Shown here piece after piece: positions 27,250 through 36,943 of a stretch of DNA of 54,333 nucleotides. The notes under the pieces were generated by a model. It was not told the origin of the DNA, did no database searches, and saw only the letters and a program-made list of their open reading frames with translations. Source of the DNA: a virus. Its lineage: Duplodnaviria > Caudoviricetes. The translations under genes and the position numbers were made by a program. Position 1 is the stretch's first letter. Each line of letters opens with the position of its first letter. The stretch is from positions 1 to 54,333 of IMG/VR virus record IMGVR_UViG_3300020045_001996, one strand, 5' to 3'.

Positions 27250-29393
27250 TAGTGAATCTCCGAGTAACGCTTGCCTACTTGACTCTCACAGCCCAACAAC
27301 CTACGAAGTTTAAAGTCTTTATTCACTTTGTCAATAGAAGTCTTGACAATTTCTGTTACAACCTCGATGACTTTAGGATCATCTTTGACTGTAAAAATGT
27401 TTTCGTCGTGAAATTGGCCTGTTAAAGTCTTCTTATTCCACCGCTTTTGCATTTCTTCTAGGATGTTGTCCACCCACATATCAAAGAAATAACTACCAGT
27501 TCCTTGGGCCAGTGTAGAGAACCTGTCAGAGTCTTTACGCAGAGAGTAGCAAAACCCGTTTACAGGGTTAACCAACCACTTAGCACCTCTTGAATCTTCA
27601 ATCACAATTTGTTCCTCAGCAATAGCCTTTACAGACCAATTAAGTTTCCAGTACGCAGTGTGTAATGCCTTCCCCTCTTCCAGCGGAACTCCAGCGGCTT
27701 GAGCAATCTTTGGTGCCCCTGCGTTGTACACACTGGCATAATTTGTAGTCTTGCCCTTCTTTCGTGAGGCTTTCGCATTATCTGATTTAATGCCCTTTTT
27801 AAAGTCATCAAACTCCTTTTGAGTAATCATCTTAGCGGTTAGGGCCATCTGTAAATGCGGGTCGTAATCATCCTCCTGCATAGTCTTCACGTACTCTGGG
27901 TCATGTGCCAGCATGAAACCATGCTTCACGCGGTCCTCAAGGCTGCTCATGTCTGACCCTATGTGAACTTTACCCTCACCAGCAATCAAAACCCCACGGA
28001 CAATCTTACCATACATCTTGTCAATACCCGGCAGATTTACAATTTCGGCATGGCGTACCCTGAGCGTATTAGTCAGACCACCAATCCGAGCACGAAGGGA
28101 CTTTCCGTCAACCAAGTCACGTTCAAAACCTTTCAGAATACTAAGTCTATGCTTTGCAACATTGAATGCAGCATAAGCTTCAATCTCAGGCACTTCTTCC
28201 GATAGACGCTCAACAGAAGGGCACAACTCTTTTCCGCTTTCACCTGTAATCGTGATCTGTGGGATTGCTCTTTCTTTTGGCTTAGTGTCTTTCCAGTGAG
28301 TCCATGCGGAATGATGAGAACCTTCTTTTGGCTTTTTTGAAATCCACTTGTTAAAGGCTTCTTCATCTTTCTCGAATTTAAAACTCTCTGGCTTCCATCC
28401 TTTTGAATACAACAACGCTTTAATCTGTTCTGAACTATTAGCGTTAGGCTCTTCATAAGACTTCAAGACTTTGAATTCATCTGGTTTATCACTTTTAACT
28501 GCAATCAAAGTACCAAACTCATCCACTGCTTTTGTACGAAACTGCTCAATAACCTCTTCCCAAGACTTTCCTGAAGAAGAAAGTTCACCATTTTTCAAAT
28601 AAGGTTTAGCTGGCTTATGTTTTGGCGAGTACTTGGGTATCTTGGGCATCACAGACTCAAGGGCACTTTTGGACTTTTCAACCTCAATTTCCAATTCTGC
28701 AATCGAAGTCTCAAGTAATTCAACATCAACTTCCCAACGAGTCTTCTCTTGTAATCTTGCACAGTCAGCTTTGAACATCAAGAAGGTCAAGATACGATCA
28801 ATGGCATCATCTACGGACTCATCACGGAATTTGTCTAGATAAATCTCTTCATCTGGACTGATCCTTGTTCCACCTACAGAACCATTAGCTATAAGTGGGT
28901 TAGCTCTGGAGTAAATGTCAATCAGTCTACCTTTCTGGTCCTCCCAAAGTGCTTTGTTGATTTTAACGTCCTCTTGGCAACGGTAGGTGTACTCTTCACG
29001 AGTAAGGTTTTGCCAGTCATCAATCTTAGGCTTTGCGATACCGAAGTCTTCAAAGAATGAATCCAACCCATGCTTCATCCGGTTAAAGTACAAATACCAA
29101 GATACGTACAAAGAGTCAATCAGCATTACCTCTGATAAGTCAATTCCAAGTAGTTTTTCAATCAACGGAATGTCATAAGTAATGCCGTTGTGGATAACAA
29201 TCGGAATATTGTTGTCAATGTGGTATTGGAAAAACCTCTGAATACGCTGGTGATCTTCACCTTGGATATCAAAAGTCTTTCCGTCTTGAAGTTCACAACA
29301 CAAGATGTGAATCAAGGTTGCTTCATCAAGCAGAGCATCAGCTTCTAAGTCAGCAACAGTAGCATTCTTCCAGTTTGTGATTTTCTTCATCAA
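27249..29393 (-). CDS. DNA polymerase, family A, with 3'-5' exonuclease
   Basis: Exo DLEAD, HNGITYD, YRCQED; motif A DMSSLEDR; motif B RKKGKTTNYASVY; motif C QFHDE. Confidence 0.95.
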   Translation of the reverse strand: MMKKITNWKNATVADLEADALLDEATLIHILCCELQDGKTFDIQGEDHQRIQRFFQYHIDNNIPIVIHNGITYDIPLIEKLLGIDLSEVMLIDSLYVSWYLYFNRMKHGLDSFFEDFGIAKPKIDDWQNLTREEYTYRCQEDVKINKALWEDQKGRLIDIYSRANPLIANGSVGGTRISPDEEIYLDKFRDESVDDAIDRILTFLMFKADCARLQEKTRWEVDVELLETSIAELEIEVEKSKSALESVMPKIPKYSPKHKPAKPYLKNGELSSSGKSWEEVIEQFRTKAVDEFGTLIAVKSDKPDEFKVLKSYEEPNANSSEQIKALLYSKGWKPESFKFEKDEEAFNKWISKKPKEGSHHSAWTHWKDTKPKERAIPQITITGESGKELCPSVERLSEEVPEIEAYAAFNVAKHRLSILKGFERDLVDGKSLRARIGGLTNTLRVRHAEIVNLPGIDKMYGKIVRGVLIAGEGKVHIGSDMSSLEDRVKHGFMLAHDPEYVKTMQEDDYDPHLQMALTAKMITQKEFDDFKKGIKSDNAKASRKKGKTTNYASVYNAGAPKIAQAAGVPLEEGKALHTAYWKLNWSVKAIAEEQIVIEDSRGAKWLVNPVNGFCYSLRKDSDRFSTLAQGTGSYFFDMWVDNILEEMQKRWNKKTLTGQFHDENIFTVKDDPKVIEVVTEIVKTSIDKVNKDFKLRRLLGCESQVGKRYSEIH

Positions 29394-29405
29394 AACCTTT
29401 CATAA

Positions 29406-29948
29406 TTAGTCTACATTTAAATGCTGTATAACTTGTTTTCCGTATTTAGGCTTATTGCCATAGTAACCCTCGCGGAACCTCTCTTTGATTTCTTTATCTG
29501 TAAGCTTGATTCTGTAAGGTGCTAGATGTTTAATTAGTTTTACTGCACTTTCTAAAGCCTTACCAAAACCTCTTGAGCAATACCATTGAAAGAACTCATC
29601 ACAATGCTGTTCTCCAAAAGATTCCTCATACTCCTTGCACTCTTGGGTGTACTCCTCTAATGTCCAATTATGCAATTCGACAAAAGTGTACCTTGAGTAC
29701 TGAGGGTCAGAAAACTCACCTGTATCGTCATCTTTAACAAGATAGTGATACCCTGCAGTGCAACTATTGTCCCACCCCCTAAGCCCAACTACAAGTGAAA
29801 CACTCGTATTACGTCCTTTACTTTTGTACAACTTGCAGAAGTTAATTACGTTTTCAAAACAAGAACCCTCTTTTGTAGGTGCATGTTCTAGCATCTTACC
29901 AAAGTGGTTCATCTCGTATTTCCAAGTGAATGCATGTTCAATTTTCAT
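29406..29948 (-). CDS. hypothetical protein
   Basis: AAGGA RBS; overlaps the upstream gene. Confidence 0.6.
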   Translation of the reverse strand: MKIEHAFTWKYEMNHFGKMLEHAPTKEGSCFENVINFCKLYKSKGRNTSVSLVVGLRGWDNSCTAGYHYLVKDDDTGEFSDPQYSRYTFVELHNWTLEEYTQECKEYEESFGEQHCDEFFQWYCSRGFGKALESAVKLIKHLAPYRIKLTDKEIKERFREGYYGNKPKYGKQVIQHLNVD

Positions 29949-31269
29949 TTTGTTCCTTTATCATTCTATCCACACAACTACTTGTTTCAGTTAAGTACAC
30001 CGTCTTAAGTTCATAGTTTTGTAACGCGAAGTAAGCTTGCTCTGAAAGCGTACCTCTGTACTTTTCAGCCAGACGTTTAGCGTAAGACTCTTTTGTCTTT
30101 TTGTAGATACTATACGCATCCAACGGATCGTCATAATAACCTAAGTACTCCCTGCCGTTTTCTGTACAACACCGAGCAACATACCCAATCTTAGCCCCTT
30201 TAGTTCCTGGCTTCAAGTATTGTACACCTATTGGCAGGTCGTGTGTGGGCCGATTCTTGGTTTCAGCTAAAAATATGTTCACATCCGCAGGTAAAAACGT
30301 GCAGTTTTCAGATGAGTACTCCCAGCCAGTTCCAATCAAGTCTTTGTCTAGCTCGTACTTCATACTCCAATTAGGCTGACTTAACGCCCACTCTGCAAAG
30401 TTCTGAAAGCAAAACCAATCTTTGTGAACTTCCGTGTAGATGTACCATCGGCCACGGTTCTTCAAAATTTCTTCTGGATTGTAGCACCTATGAAGCATTC
30501 TTGTCCAATAAGCATAAATTTCCTCTGGTGGTGTCTCACCAATTTTCTTCAGGCCGTTACTAAACCTACCTTCACCATAATAGCCTACCCCAGCAACTGA
30601 GGGCTGGTATAAAGGTTTGATGCTTCCGTTCTTAATATCGCCAGCATCATGCCAACTACTACTTCCATCTTGCCACTCTACTTGAACCTCATAGCAAGAT
30701 TTGTACTGTTTTACTTTACCTGCCCACCCACTATTAGTTCTAAACTCATGTCCAATAACAAACCCAGATGTAGGATGTCCTACGTTACCCAGCCGTACTG
30801 CTGATGCTGTCGTATGAACTATAGAACCATCTTCAAATTGAACACTAACTGAAATTGCACTTCTAACTTCAGTCACTTTTACACTCATACCTGAACTTGT
30901 GGGCCATGTCTGACCTACTTCCACTTTCCCATCTTTTGGATGAGTTACACACCCGGACTTAATTGCAGGTAACTCACGGGTTGTCTCTGCACCATCTTTG
31001 TGCCAGCGTATGCGCCAAGTAGTTGGACCTTCTTTTGCTACAAGTTCTATTGTGTTCCCTTTGTTATCTTTGTATAAATCTCCTGTCTGTGGCTTCCCGT
31101 ATGTTGGGTGCGCTGGTAAACCTGTACGAAGATAGTGCCTAGTAGTAACTACTTCTGCGTTATCAATATCAAACTTAATTTTTGTCTTCTTTGCCAACCT
31201 GTCATCAATAACCTCGTATCCAAGACCTTGCTTATTGACACCCCTATAACCCTTGATAAATCTTGTCAT
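29938..31269 (-). CDS. HNH-type homing endonuclease with four N-terminal repeats
   Basis: Y..W..ML.RCY...V..DW..FQNFAEW...ELDKDL....YS.ENC.FLP..VN; AP2-like C-terminus YLGYYD...A...Y. Confidence 0.8.
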   Translation of the reverse strand: MTRFIKGYRGVNKQGLGYEVIDDRLAKKTKIKFDIDNAEVVTTRHYLRTGLPAHPTYGKPQTGDLYKDNKGNTIELVAKEGPTTWRIRWHKDGAETTRELPAIKSGCVTHPKDGKVEVGQTWPTSSGMSVKVTEVRSAISVSVQFEDGSIVHTTASAVRLGNVGHPTSGFVIGHEFRTNSGWAGKVKQYKSCYEVQVEWQDGSSSWHDAGDIKNGSIKPLYQPSVAGVGYYGEGRFSNGLKKIGETPPEEIYAYWTRMLHRCYNPEEILKNRGRWYIYTEVHKDWFCFQNFAEWALSQPNWSMKYELDKDLIGTGWEYSSENCTFLPADVNIFLAETKNRPTHDLPIGVQYLKPGTKGAKIGYVARCCTENGREYLGYYDDPLDAYSIYKKTKESYAKRLAEKYRGTLSEQAYFALQNYELKTVYLTETSSCVDRMIKEQNEN

Positions 31270-31287
31270 CTTTCCTCCTTAAAGACT

Positions 31288-31318
31288 CAATTTTACCATA
31301 AAATTGTAGAGATGTCAA
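31288..31318 (-). promoter_or_regulatory. sigma70-type promoter with a palindrome over -10
   Basis: TTGACA-17 nt-TAAAAT; CAATTTTA-TGG-TAAAATTG inverted repeat. Confidence 0.7.
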
Positions 31319-31336
31319 GTTTTTAATCTAACCTAT

Positions 31337-32992
31337 CTAAAACCCTTGATTATCCTCTGAGGTATCCAAAACAACTTCCCATGTATCTTGGTCTAGTGTG
31401 AAAACATCTGCGATACCAAGAGAGTCACCAAATCGAGTCTTACCAACCTTAAAGCGTACCCGCCCACGGGAAAAGTCCGGCAAAATCTCAGGCTCCAACA
31501 AGATGATATTCCAAGACAGTTGTTCCAGTGATGCACTACCACGAGCGGACTCTTTGCGTACATTTACCCAGAACGGTTTGCCCTCTCCACCCTTTGGAGG
31601 TAGGAATTGATGAGAATCAGTCCTATTAATATGACATACTACAACTAGGTGGCAGTTATTAGCAGAACAGAAACTTGCCAAGCTCGTCATTGCCATGTCA
31701 ATATCTTTTCTTTCATTGTCACTTTCCAGCCCACTGATAACAAGAGAAATATGGTCAAGTAGAATATACTTACAACCCTCCACCAGAACCATATGCTTTA
31801 CTTTTGCCATCAAGGTGTCAATCGGCATGGACCCGAAGTGGTTTAGCATAACCATACAATCATTTTGTGTAATTCTTTGGTAGGCTTCTTGAATAGCCTC
31901 CTTGGATGCCACAGAGAGCGGGTCACGTTTAAACTTTAAGTAGTTGACTTTTAGGTCAGATGCCAGTAGCCTCTGGAAAGTTTCTTTATTACCCTCCTCT
32001 AAGAAAATCATTCCAATCTTTTCGCCTGCATCCATGAACTTTCTAGCAAAGATTGCAGTAACTGTACTTTTGCCACAATTTGATGGGGCAAGAAGAAGGG
32101 TCAGCTCCTTCATCCTGAATCCATTGATCTTTTTCATGAGTTTCGGAAAGCAGTCAATAATCACACCTTGTGGTTGAGGTTCGATAACTGTCTCAAAACT
32201 AATCTCAGATGCCCGAACAATTTTCTCAGTACTAAACACCTTCTTCCCAAACTGAACCAACTTAGCCAACTCTGCAGCCTTACCCGCTTGCAAGTAATCA
32301 GAAGCGTCTTTAAAGCCATCCTGAGCCGTTACTGACATCATAGACAACCCAGAGTCAATCAGTGCTCCAGCAACAGCCTCACGAGCCTCATGGCCCTTCA
32401 TGATGCCTTTCTTAGTCTCTGCTGGTGTGCAGTGGTCATCATCGAAGAACACTGTCAAAGCATCATGAGATGTCACGTAGGCTTCATTGTGAAGAATAGC
32501 CTCTACAGCATTCTTTGTTCCCAAAGGAATAGAAACTACTTGAGGCTCCATACCTTCGTATTTAGTGCCCTTTACACTCTCTACAAGTGCTTGAAATGTG
32601 CTAACGCAGTCCCAGGCACCTTCAGTCACCACTAGGTTAGTTCGCTTGCGGTTAATACTCTCTGCAACATCTTGACCGAAGAGTTTGTTCTGAATATTTA
32701 CAGAGCCTACTGCTGTCCAGTGACCGTCTTCTTCTTTCCCTTTCGTAATGTCCTGCTTCATGAAGCCAACAACTTGCCCCTTTTGATTATATGAAGGGAA
32801 GTAATAAGCCTCTACAGTTTTACCATCTTTTTCAGATAAAGCTGCACGGATGCCAAAGCGTTCACAAGTCTCTTTACGGACCTTACGGTCCTTCGCTTCT
32901 ACAAACGGGTACTTGAGAACTTCTTTTACTGTTTCTTTAGGTGTAGTTTTTTGCACTGCACTCCTTTCGTTAAACTTTCGATCATAACTCAT
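31337..32992 (-). CDS. DNA primase-helicase (T7 gp4-like TOPRIM + DnaB-like)
   Basis: LFGQ, LVVTEGAWD, FDDD, KDASDYL; Walker A APSNCGKST, FLEE, LDHIS, CHINR, RGSASLEQLS, KTRFG. Confidence 0.93.
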   Translation of the reverse strand: MSYDRKFNERSAVQKTTPKETVKEVLKYPFVEAKDRKVRKETCERFGIRAALSEKDGKTVEAYYFPSYNQKGQVVGFMKQDITKGKEEDGHWTAVGSVNIQNKLFGQDVAESINRKRTNLVVTEGAWDCVSTFQALVESVKGTKYEGMEPQVVSIPLGTKNAVEAILHNEAYVTSHDALTVFFDDDHCTPAETKKGIMKGHEAREAVAGALIDSGLSMMSVTAQDGFKDASDYLQAGKAAELAKLVQFGKKVFSTEKIVRASEISFETVIEPQPQGVIIDCFPKLMKKINGFRMKELTLLLAPSNCGKSTVTAIFARKFMDAGEKIGMIFLEEGNKETFQRLLASDLKVNYLKFKRDPLSVASKEAIQEAYQRITQNDCMVMLNHFGSMPIDTLMAKVKHMVLVEGCKYILLDHISLVISGLESDNERKDIDMAMTSLASFCSANNCHLVVVCHINRTDSHQFLPPKGGEGKPFWVNVRKESARGSASLEQLSWNIILLEPEILPDFSRGRVRFKVGKTRFGDSLGIADVFTLDQDTWEVVLDTSEDNQGF

Positions 32993-33030
32993 TAAACCTC
33001 CTCAAGTTATTCATTCCTTAACCCTCTAGA

Positions 33031-33321
33031 TCAAGTCACATGCTGTGAAACATACATCATCAATTCAACATCATCTCTGCGTAGAATCTCTGGTACTTCA
33101 TCATCTATATTAGAGATTGTATATCCAAGATCATAGTGTCCTCTCTCCCATGCTGGAACCTTCACCCCAACAATCCAATAATCCCTGTCAGAATCATAGT
33201 AAGGGCTTGCATAATCTAATTCACCGTTATCAAGCATTTCATTTACTTCTTCCAGAATCTCGTCTGGAATGTCTTTGTAATGCAATCCGTATATCAACAT
33301 AGCATCAGTATCAATCGACAT
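33031..33321 (-). CDS. hypothetical protein
   Basis: SPYYDS motif; RBS present. Confidence 0.6.
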   Translation of the reverse strand: MSIDTDAMLIYGLHYKDIPDEILEEVNEMLDNGELDYASPYYDSDRDYWIVGVKVPAWERGHYDLGYTISNIDDEVPEILRRDDVELMMYVSQHVT

Positions 33322-33652
33322 TTGTATTCTCCTTCAACCACAAATTAATCCTTGCAGCAATCTCCTTCAGATGATAAACTCTTTCATCTTCATCATCAAA
33401 ACAACCCTTCCAACCATCATCCCACGAGTATGAATATACTTCTTCACTTCCACAATCTGGACAATCTGCACGTACCCTGCCCCAGCGCAAGCGGACATAC
33501 CCCACTTGATATCGTTTACCATCCTTAGCTAAAACAACATCATATTGTTCAGGACAAGACCCGCAAGTACCAATGAACTCAAGATTACCAATCACATAAT
33601 CAGGAGGGTTATTTTCATAACCAGAATTTTCATAAACAGTAAGCTCACTCAT
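33311..33652 (-). CDS. hypothetical protein with two CxxC motifs
   Basis: TCGSCPEQYDV...QVGYVRLRWG...CPDCG. Confidence 0.65.
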   Translation of the reverse strand: MSELTVYENSGYENNPPDYVIGNLEFIGTCGSCPEQYDVVLAKDGKRYQVGYVRLRWGRVRADCPDCGSEEVYSYSWDDGWKGCFDDEDERVYHLKEIAARINLWLKENTNVD

Positions 33653-33881
33653 GTCGATCCTCCTTCTCCAGAATAGCCTTATAAGCAAAATACAGATAAT
33701 CCAACTCTGAGTAATCCAAATTAAACACATGATCAGGATCAGTGCTGTTATAACTCTTGCTTTTCACATAGTAACCATTTCCGTTATCCTTGAGAATCAG
33801 CAAGTCTTTTACATTTGAGCAATAGCCCTCTTGTGCTTGAACTTTGATCTTATCACCTTTGATTTTTACTTTGACTGTCAT
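33645..33881 (-). CDS. hypothetical protein
   Basis: GGAGG RBS; DNGNG...LDYSE. Confidence 0.6.
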   Translation of the reverse strand: MTVKVKIKGDKIKVQAQEGYCSNVKDLLILKDNGNGYYVKSKSYNSTDPDHVFNLDYSELDYLYFAYKAILEKEDRHE

Positions 33882-34231
33882 TTGTAATCCTCCCACTTTT
33901 CATAATAAGGTTTATCCAAAAACAACCACAGCTTCTCAGCTTGTTGTTCAACGTCTGCAATAGTGCTATCTTCATTCATTAGAAAAGTAACATTTAGGGT
34001 TATTTCTTCTTTACGTTGAAACTGAACTTCTGGTTGATAGCTCATTTTAGGTAACGATGGGTTTCTTTTATGGAAATCATACTGAGTATTATCCCATACC
34101 CACACTGAGAGGAAATATCTCTTACCTTCTGCATCATCAAAACGTTTCTGCAAAAGAAAATCTGCACCGTTGGAGTTCCTACCATCATAACGCCTGTAGC
34201 TAGCGTCAAGCCAATCTTGAGTTGTTAGCAT
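33878..34231 (-). CDS. hypothetical protein
   Basis: QKRF.D..GKRYF motif; RBS present. Confidence 0.6.
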   Translation of the reverse strand: MLTTQDWLDASYRRYDGRNSNGADFLLQKRFDDAEGKRYFLSVWVWDNTQYDFHKRNPSLPKMSYQPEVQFQRKEEITLNVTFLMNEDSTIADVEQQAEKLWLFLDKPYYEKWEDYK

Positions 34232-34234
34232 GGG

Positions 34235-34612
34235 TTACTCCTTCCTAAATTCAATTTCATCAATAAACATATCCCTAATATACTCAGGAATATGCTTCTG
34301 TGTTTCAACAGTGGCTTCAATATGATCTGTTTCCAAATCTTTCAGCAGAACCCACTTGCAAGGTTGATCCCCTTTAGGTCCGTATGTACCCCAATAAAAT
34401 GCTTTGCGCTTATCTTCATGCGCATCATCAGAATAAACACACAGGTTATCCCAATGCCCAAGGTCGGCACCACCCATACGAATGTAACCTTCTGTTCCAC
34501 CATCAAGGTAGTTCCCATGTTCGTCTTGCACAAAATCATGCCTATGCTTGCTCTGCAAGATAGTCCCAGATGGTGTACGCCAGATGTTAGCGATTAGTTT
34601 TGGTTCAGTCAT
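34235..34612 (-). CDS. hypothetical protein
   Basis: TP.GT.LQSKHRHDF...DGG; WGTYG..G.QP...L.DLETDHI. Confidence 0.7.
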   Translation of the reverse strand: MTEPKLIANIWRTPSGTILQSKHRHDFVQDEHGNYLDGGTEGYIRMGGADLGHWDNLCVYSDDAHEDKRKAFYWGTYGPKGDQPCKWVLLKDLETDHIEATVETQKHIPEYIRDMFIDEIEFRKE

Positions 34613-34890
34613 GTTCCAGCCTCAGTTACTTCATAAAAACCAGTGCCAGCCTCAAAAGAATCACAATTCTCTCCGACTTGTTCAATCAAATATTTAATTA
34701 AACCTTTTACTTTGGTATCTTTATTCTTATCGTAGGTGCGTTTTACCTTATCATGACCTTCATCATAAATATTTTGCAAAGCTACTGTATAAACAACATC
34801 CAGCAAAGATTGCAACTCTCGTGTAGTGTCTGCGGCATAAACGCGAACATTACCATAAGCCTTCCAAACAAATACTTGTGCCATAATCAA
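34609..34890 (-). CDS. hypothetical protein
   Basis: Packed operon. Confidence 0.55.
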   Translation of the reverse strand: MIMAQVFVWKAYGNVRVYAADTTRELQSLLDVVYTVALQNIYDEGHDKVKRTYDKNKDTKVKGLIKYLIEQVGENCDSFEAGTGFYEVTEAGT

Positions 34891-35129
34891 TCCTTCACAA
34901 AAAGTCTAAGTAACTTAGCATTATCCTCTTGTTGTGCTTTTATCTTCTTCAAGATATTCAAATAAGTACCTTCTTTTGTTCGAGAGTACTCCAGTTCTTC
35001 AATCAGTGAATCAATTCTATTCTTGTAAAACTCCTCCATCTGATCGAATCTACTCTTATGTACGTACTTACCGCTTGCAAGAACCATTTCAGTAAATTCT
35101 TGCTCAGCATATGGATCAATTCTTTCCAT
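34887..35129 (-). CDS. hypothetical protein
   Basis: Packed operon, coiled coil. Confidence 0.5.
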   Translation of the reverse strand: MERIDPYAEQEFTEMVLASGKYVHKSRFDQMEEFYKNRIDSLIEELEYSRTKEGTYLNILKKIKAQQEDNAKLLRLFVKD

Positions 35130-35130
35130 A

Positions 35131-35301
35131 TCAGTCGTGCATAATCTGAAAAATAGCATTCAAAGCACCAATAAGCTGCATCTGTTCCATTGGATGCAAA
35201 TCATGGTACTTCCGTGTTACTCCAAACTTAGCCGCTGCCGCATCCCAGAATTTCTCAACTTCTGATCTTGTATCTTGTGTGTTTTGTGTATTTTCACTCA
35301 T
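35131..35301 (-). CDS. hypothetical protein
   Basis: Packed operon. Confidence 0.5.
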   Translation of the reverse strand: MSENTQNTQDTRSEVEKFWDAAAAKFGVTRKYHDLHPMEQMQLIGALNAIFQIMHD

Positions 35302-35500
35302 TGACATACCCCTCATAGGTTAGCAACTCTTCGGCTTGTACGCTTGGGAAAAATTCTTTACAAACGCTTTGAATTAATTGTTGCACAAAATACTCAAGTT
35401 CACCAGCAGCAACTTCTGGATTAATACTATCCACATAAGTCCCGCACTCATCCCAGATTGCTTGTACCCTTGGTGCAAATTTAGGTTTTACTTCACTCAT
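35294..35500 (-). CDS. hypothetical protein
   Basis: AGGAG RBS. Confidence 0.55.
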   Translation of the reverse strand: MSEVKPKFAPRVQAIWDECGTYVDSINPEVAAGELEYFVQQLIQSVCKEFFPSVQAEELLTYEGYVNE

Positions 35501-35820
35501 TTTGTTTCTCCTATAATATTGTCATAAGTAAACTCCCCGAATCCATCTTCATAAATGTCAACCCATGCTGCGTTCATGAAAGTTCTACCTGCCATGCATT
35601 CACACAAGCAGTGGTGAAAATCATGAAAGTCCTCAATTACATACTCCTTATCATACCTGCACTTAGCGATGTATTTACCATTGATGTAGTACAAGTGCAA
35701 CTCTGATTTCATCCCAGTGTTGAAATCAAGATACCATTCACCTTTGTAGTCCTTGCTGATGGTAATCGGTACACCGCAGAGTTCAATAAGTTTCAGTGGT
35801 AGATTATGTAGAATACTCAT
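35497..35820 (-). CDS. hypothetical protein
   Basis: DFNTGMKS.L.L motif; overlaps neighbours. Confidence 0.6.
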   Translation of the reverse strand: MSILHNLPLKLIELCGVPITISKDYKGEWYLDFNTGMKSELHLYYINGKYIAKCRYDKEYVIEDFHDFHHCLCECMAGRTFMNAAWVDIYEDGFGEFTYDNIIGETK

Positions 35821-36137
35821 GATATTTCCTTTCGTTCTAAATACTTCCCCTTCAACTCTTCCTGAAAAGCAGGACTAACAACAAATTTCATTGTCATCCC
35901 TGGAGGTACTTCATAATCCTTTCCTGTAAGCCCTGAGTGCATCACCCTTGTCTTACTATACTTCGGAGAGAATGTTCCAAATCCTGTAAGAGATACTTGC
36001 TTGCCTTCAAGCATGAGTTCCTCAACTGTCTTACGAAAGATATCCAAGAAGTCTTGGCATTCGTAGATAGTGTACATTTTATCGGATGCACTTGACATAG
36101 CTTTTGCTAGGTCTTTTGGGAAGAGTTTGGTGATCAT
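35817..36137 (-). CDS. HU/IHF-like histone-like DNA-binding protein
   Basis: GKQVSLTGFGTF....R......TG....VP....KF. Confidence 0.85.
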   Translation of the reverse strand: MITKLFPKDLAKAMSSASDKMYTIYECQDFLDIFRKTVEELMLEGKQVSLTGFGTFSPKYSKTRVMHSGLTGKDYEVPPGMTMKFVVSPAFQEELKGKYLERKEIS

Positions 36138-36328
36138 TTTAATTCCTCGTTAATCACTTCCCATGATGCAATTACATCACTTGAACCTAATGGGTTAAAG
36201 AAACTATCTTGAGCACACTCAATTGCATACCTAACTTCATTGTACAACAATTCAGGATCATCAGTTTCTACTAATTCCTCGTCCACTTCAATTTCAATAT
36301 TCAAAATCCATTTAAATTCTTGTTTCAT
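36134..36328 (-). CDS. hypothetical acidic protein
   Basis: Packed operon. Confidence 0.5.
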   Translation of the reverse strand: MKQEFKWILNIEIEVDEELVETDDPELLYNEVRYAIECAQDSFFNPLGSSDVIASWEVINEELK

Positions 36329-36942
36329 TTAGGTTCCTCAAGAGAACAGTTTTCAAACTGCACATAATTCCAAACCCAAATTGCCTTCTCCTCATAGGAA
36401 AAAGAGGTAGTTCCATTAGGCCAAAAATGAACACCTCCACAATCAATCTTGCGGAAGTGCCTTTTGTACCAACCTCCATTACTAGACTTGACCCAAATTG
36501 GTGCATCAACTTGTACTGTACTCCAATCTACTGCTGGGACTTCTTCAATGATTTTCTGGCCTCGAAGATAACCATAGTGATCAAAGAATAAGATACCTTC
36601 ATGATCATCCTCATCTGTAAACAGTCCAACACAAGGTGCAAGTGTGTACTTACGGTCAGTACAGATAACCCGTACCGAGCGGTGTGTACTAGCTACACGG
36701 TACTCCTTATCCATCTCAACTTTGTTACTCTCTTTCATACTATTCTCCTTTTCTTCGTATTTAACAAATCGGGTAATGTCCCATCCACCCTCTTCATCTC
36801 TTCCGTTTTCAGATAATGATACATAAGTATATCCGTCTTCAGAATAGATTTCATGTGCAGTGTGAACTGATCCTTGTTTTAAATAAGAACAAGCAGAATT
36901 CACTACTTCAATTTTATCACCAACTTTAAATCTACCGCGCAT
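36325..36942 (-). CDS. modular hypothetical protein
   Basis: FKVGDKIEVV module; VDWSTV.VD.PI.V...W.KRHF...G.TSFS module. Confidence 0.65.
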   Translation of the reverse strand: MRGRFKVGDKIEVVNSACSYLKQGSVHTAHEIYSEDGYTYVSLSENGRDEEGGWDITRFVKYEEKENSMKESNKVEMDKEYRVASTHRSVRVICTDRKYTLAPCVGLFTDEDDHEGILFFDHYGYLRGQKIIEEVPAVDWSTVQVDAPIWVKSSNGGWYKRHFRKIDCGGVHFWPNGTTSFSYEEKAIWVWNYVQFENCSLEEPK

Positions 36943-36943
36943 A

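Noticed and set aside
27249-32992. Introns or inteins in the polymerase or primase-helicase
   Set aside because: Both are continuous with all expected motifs at normal spacing; the nuclease between them is free-standing with its own promoter.
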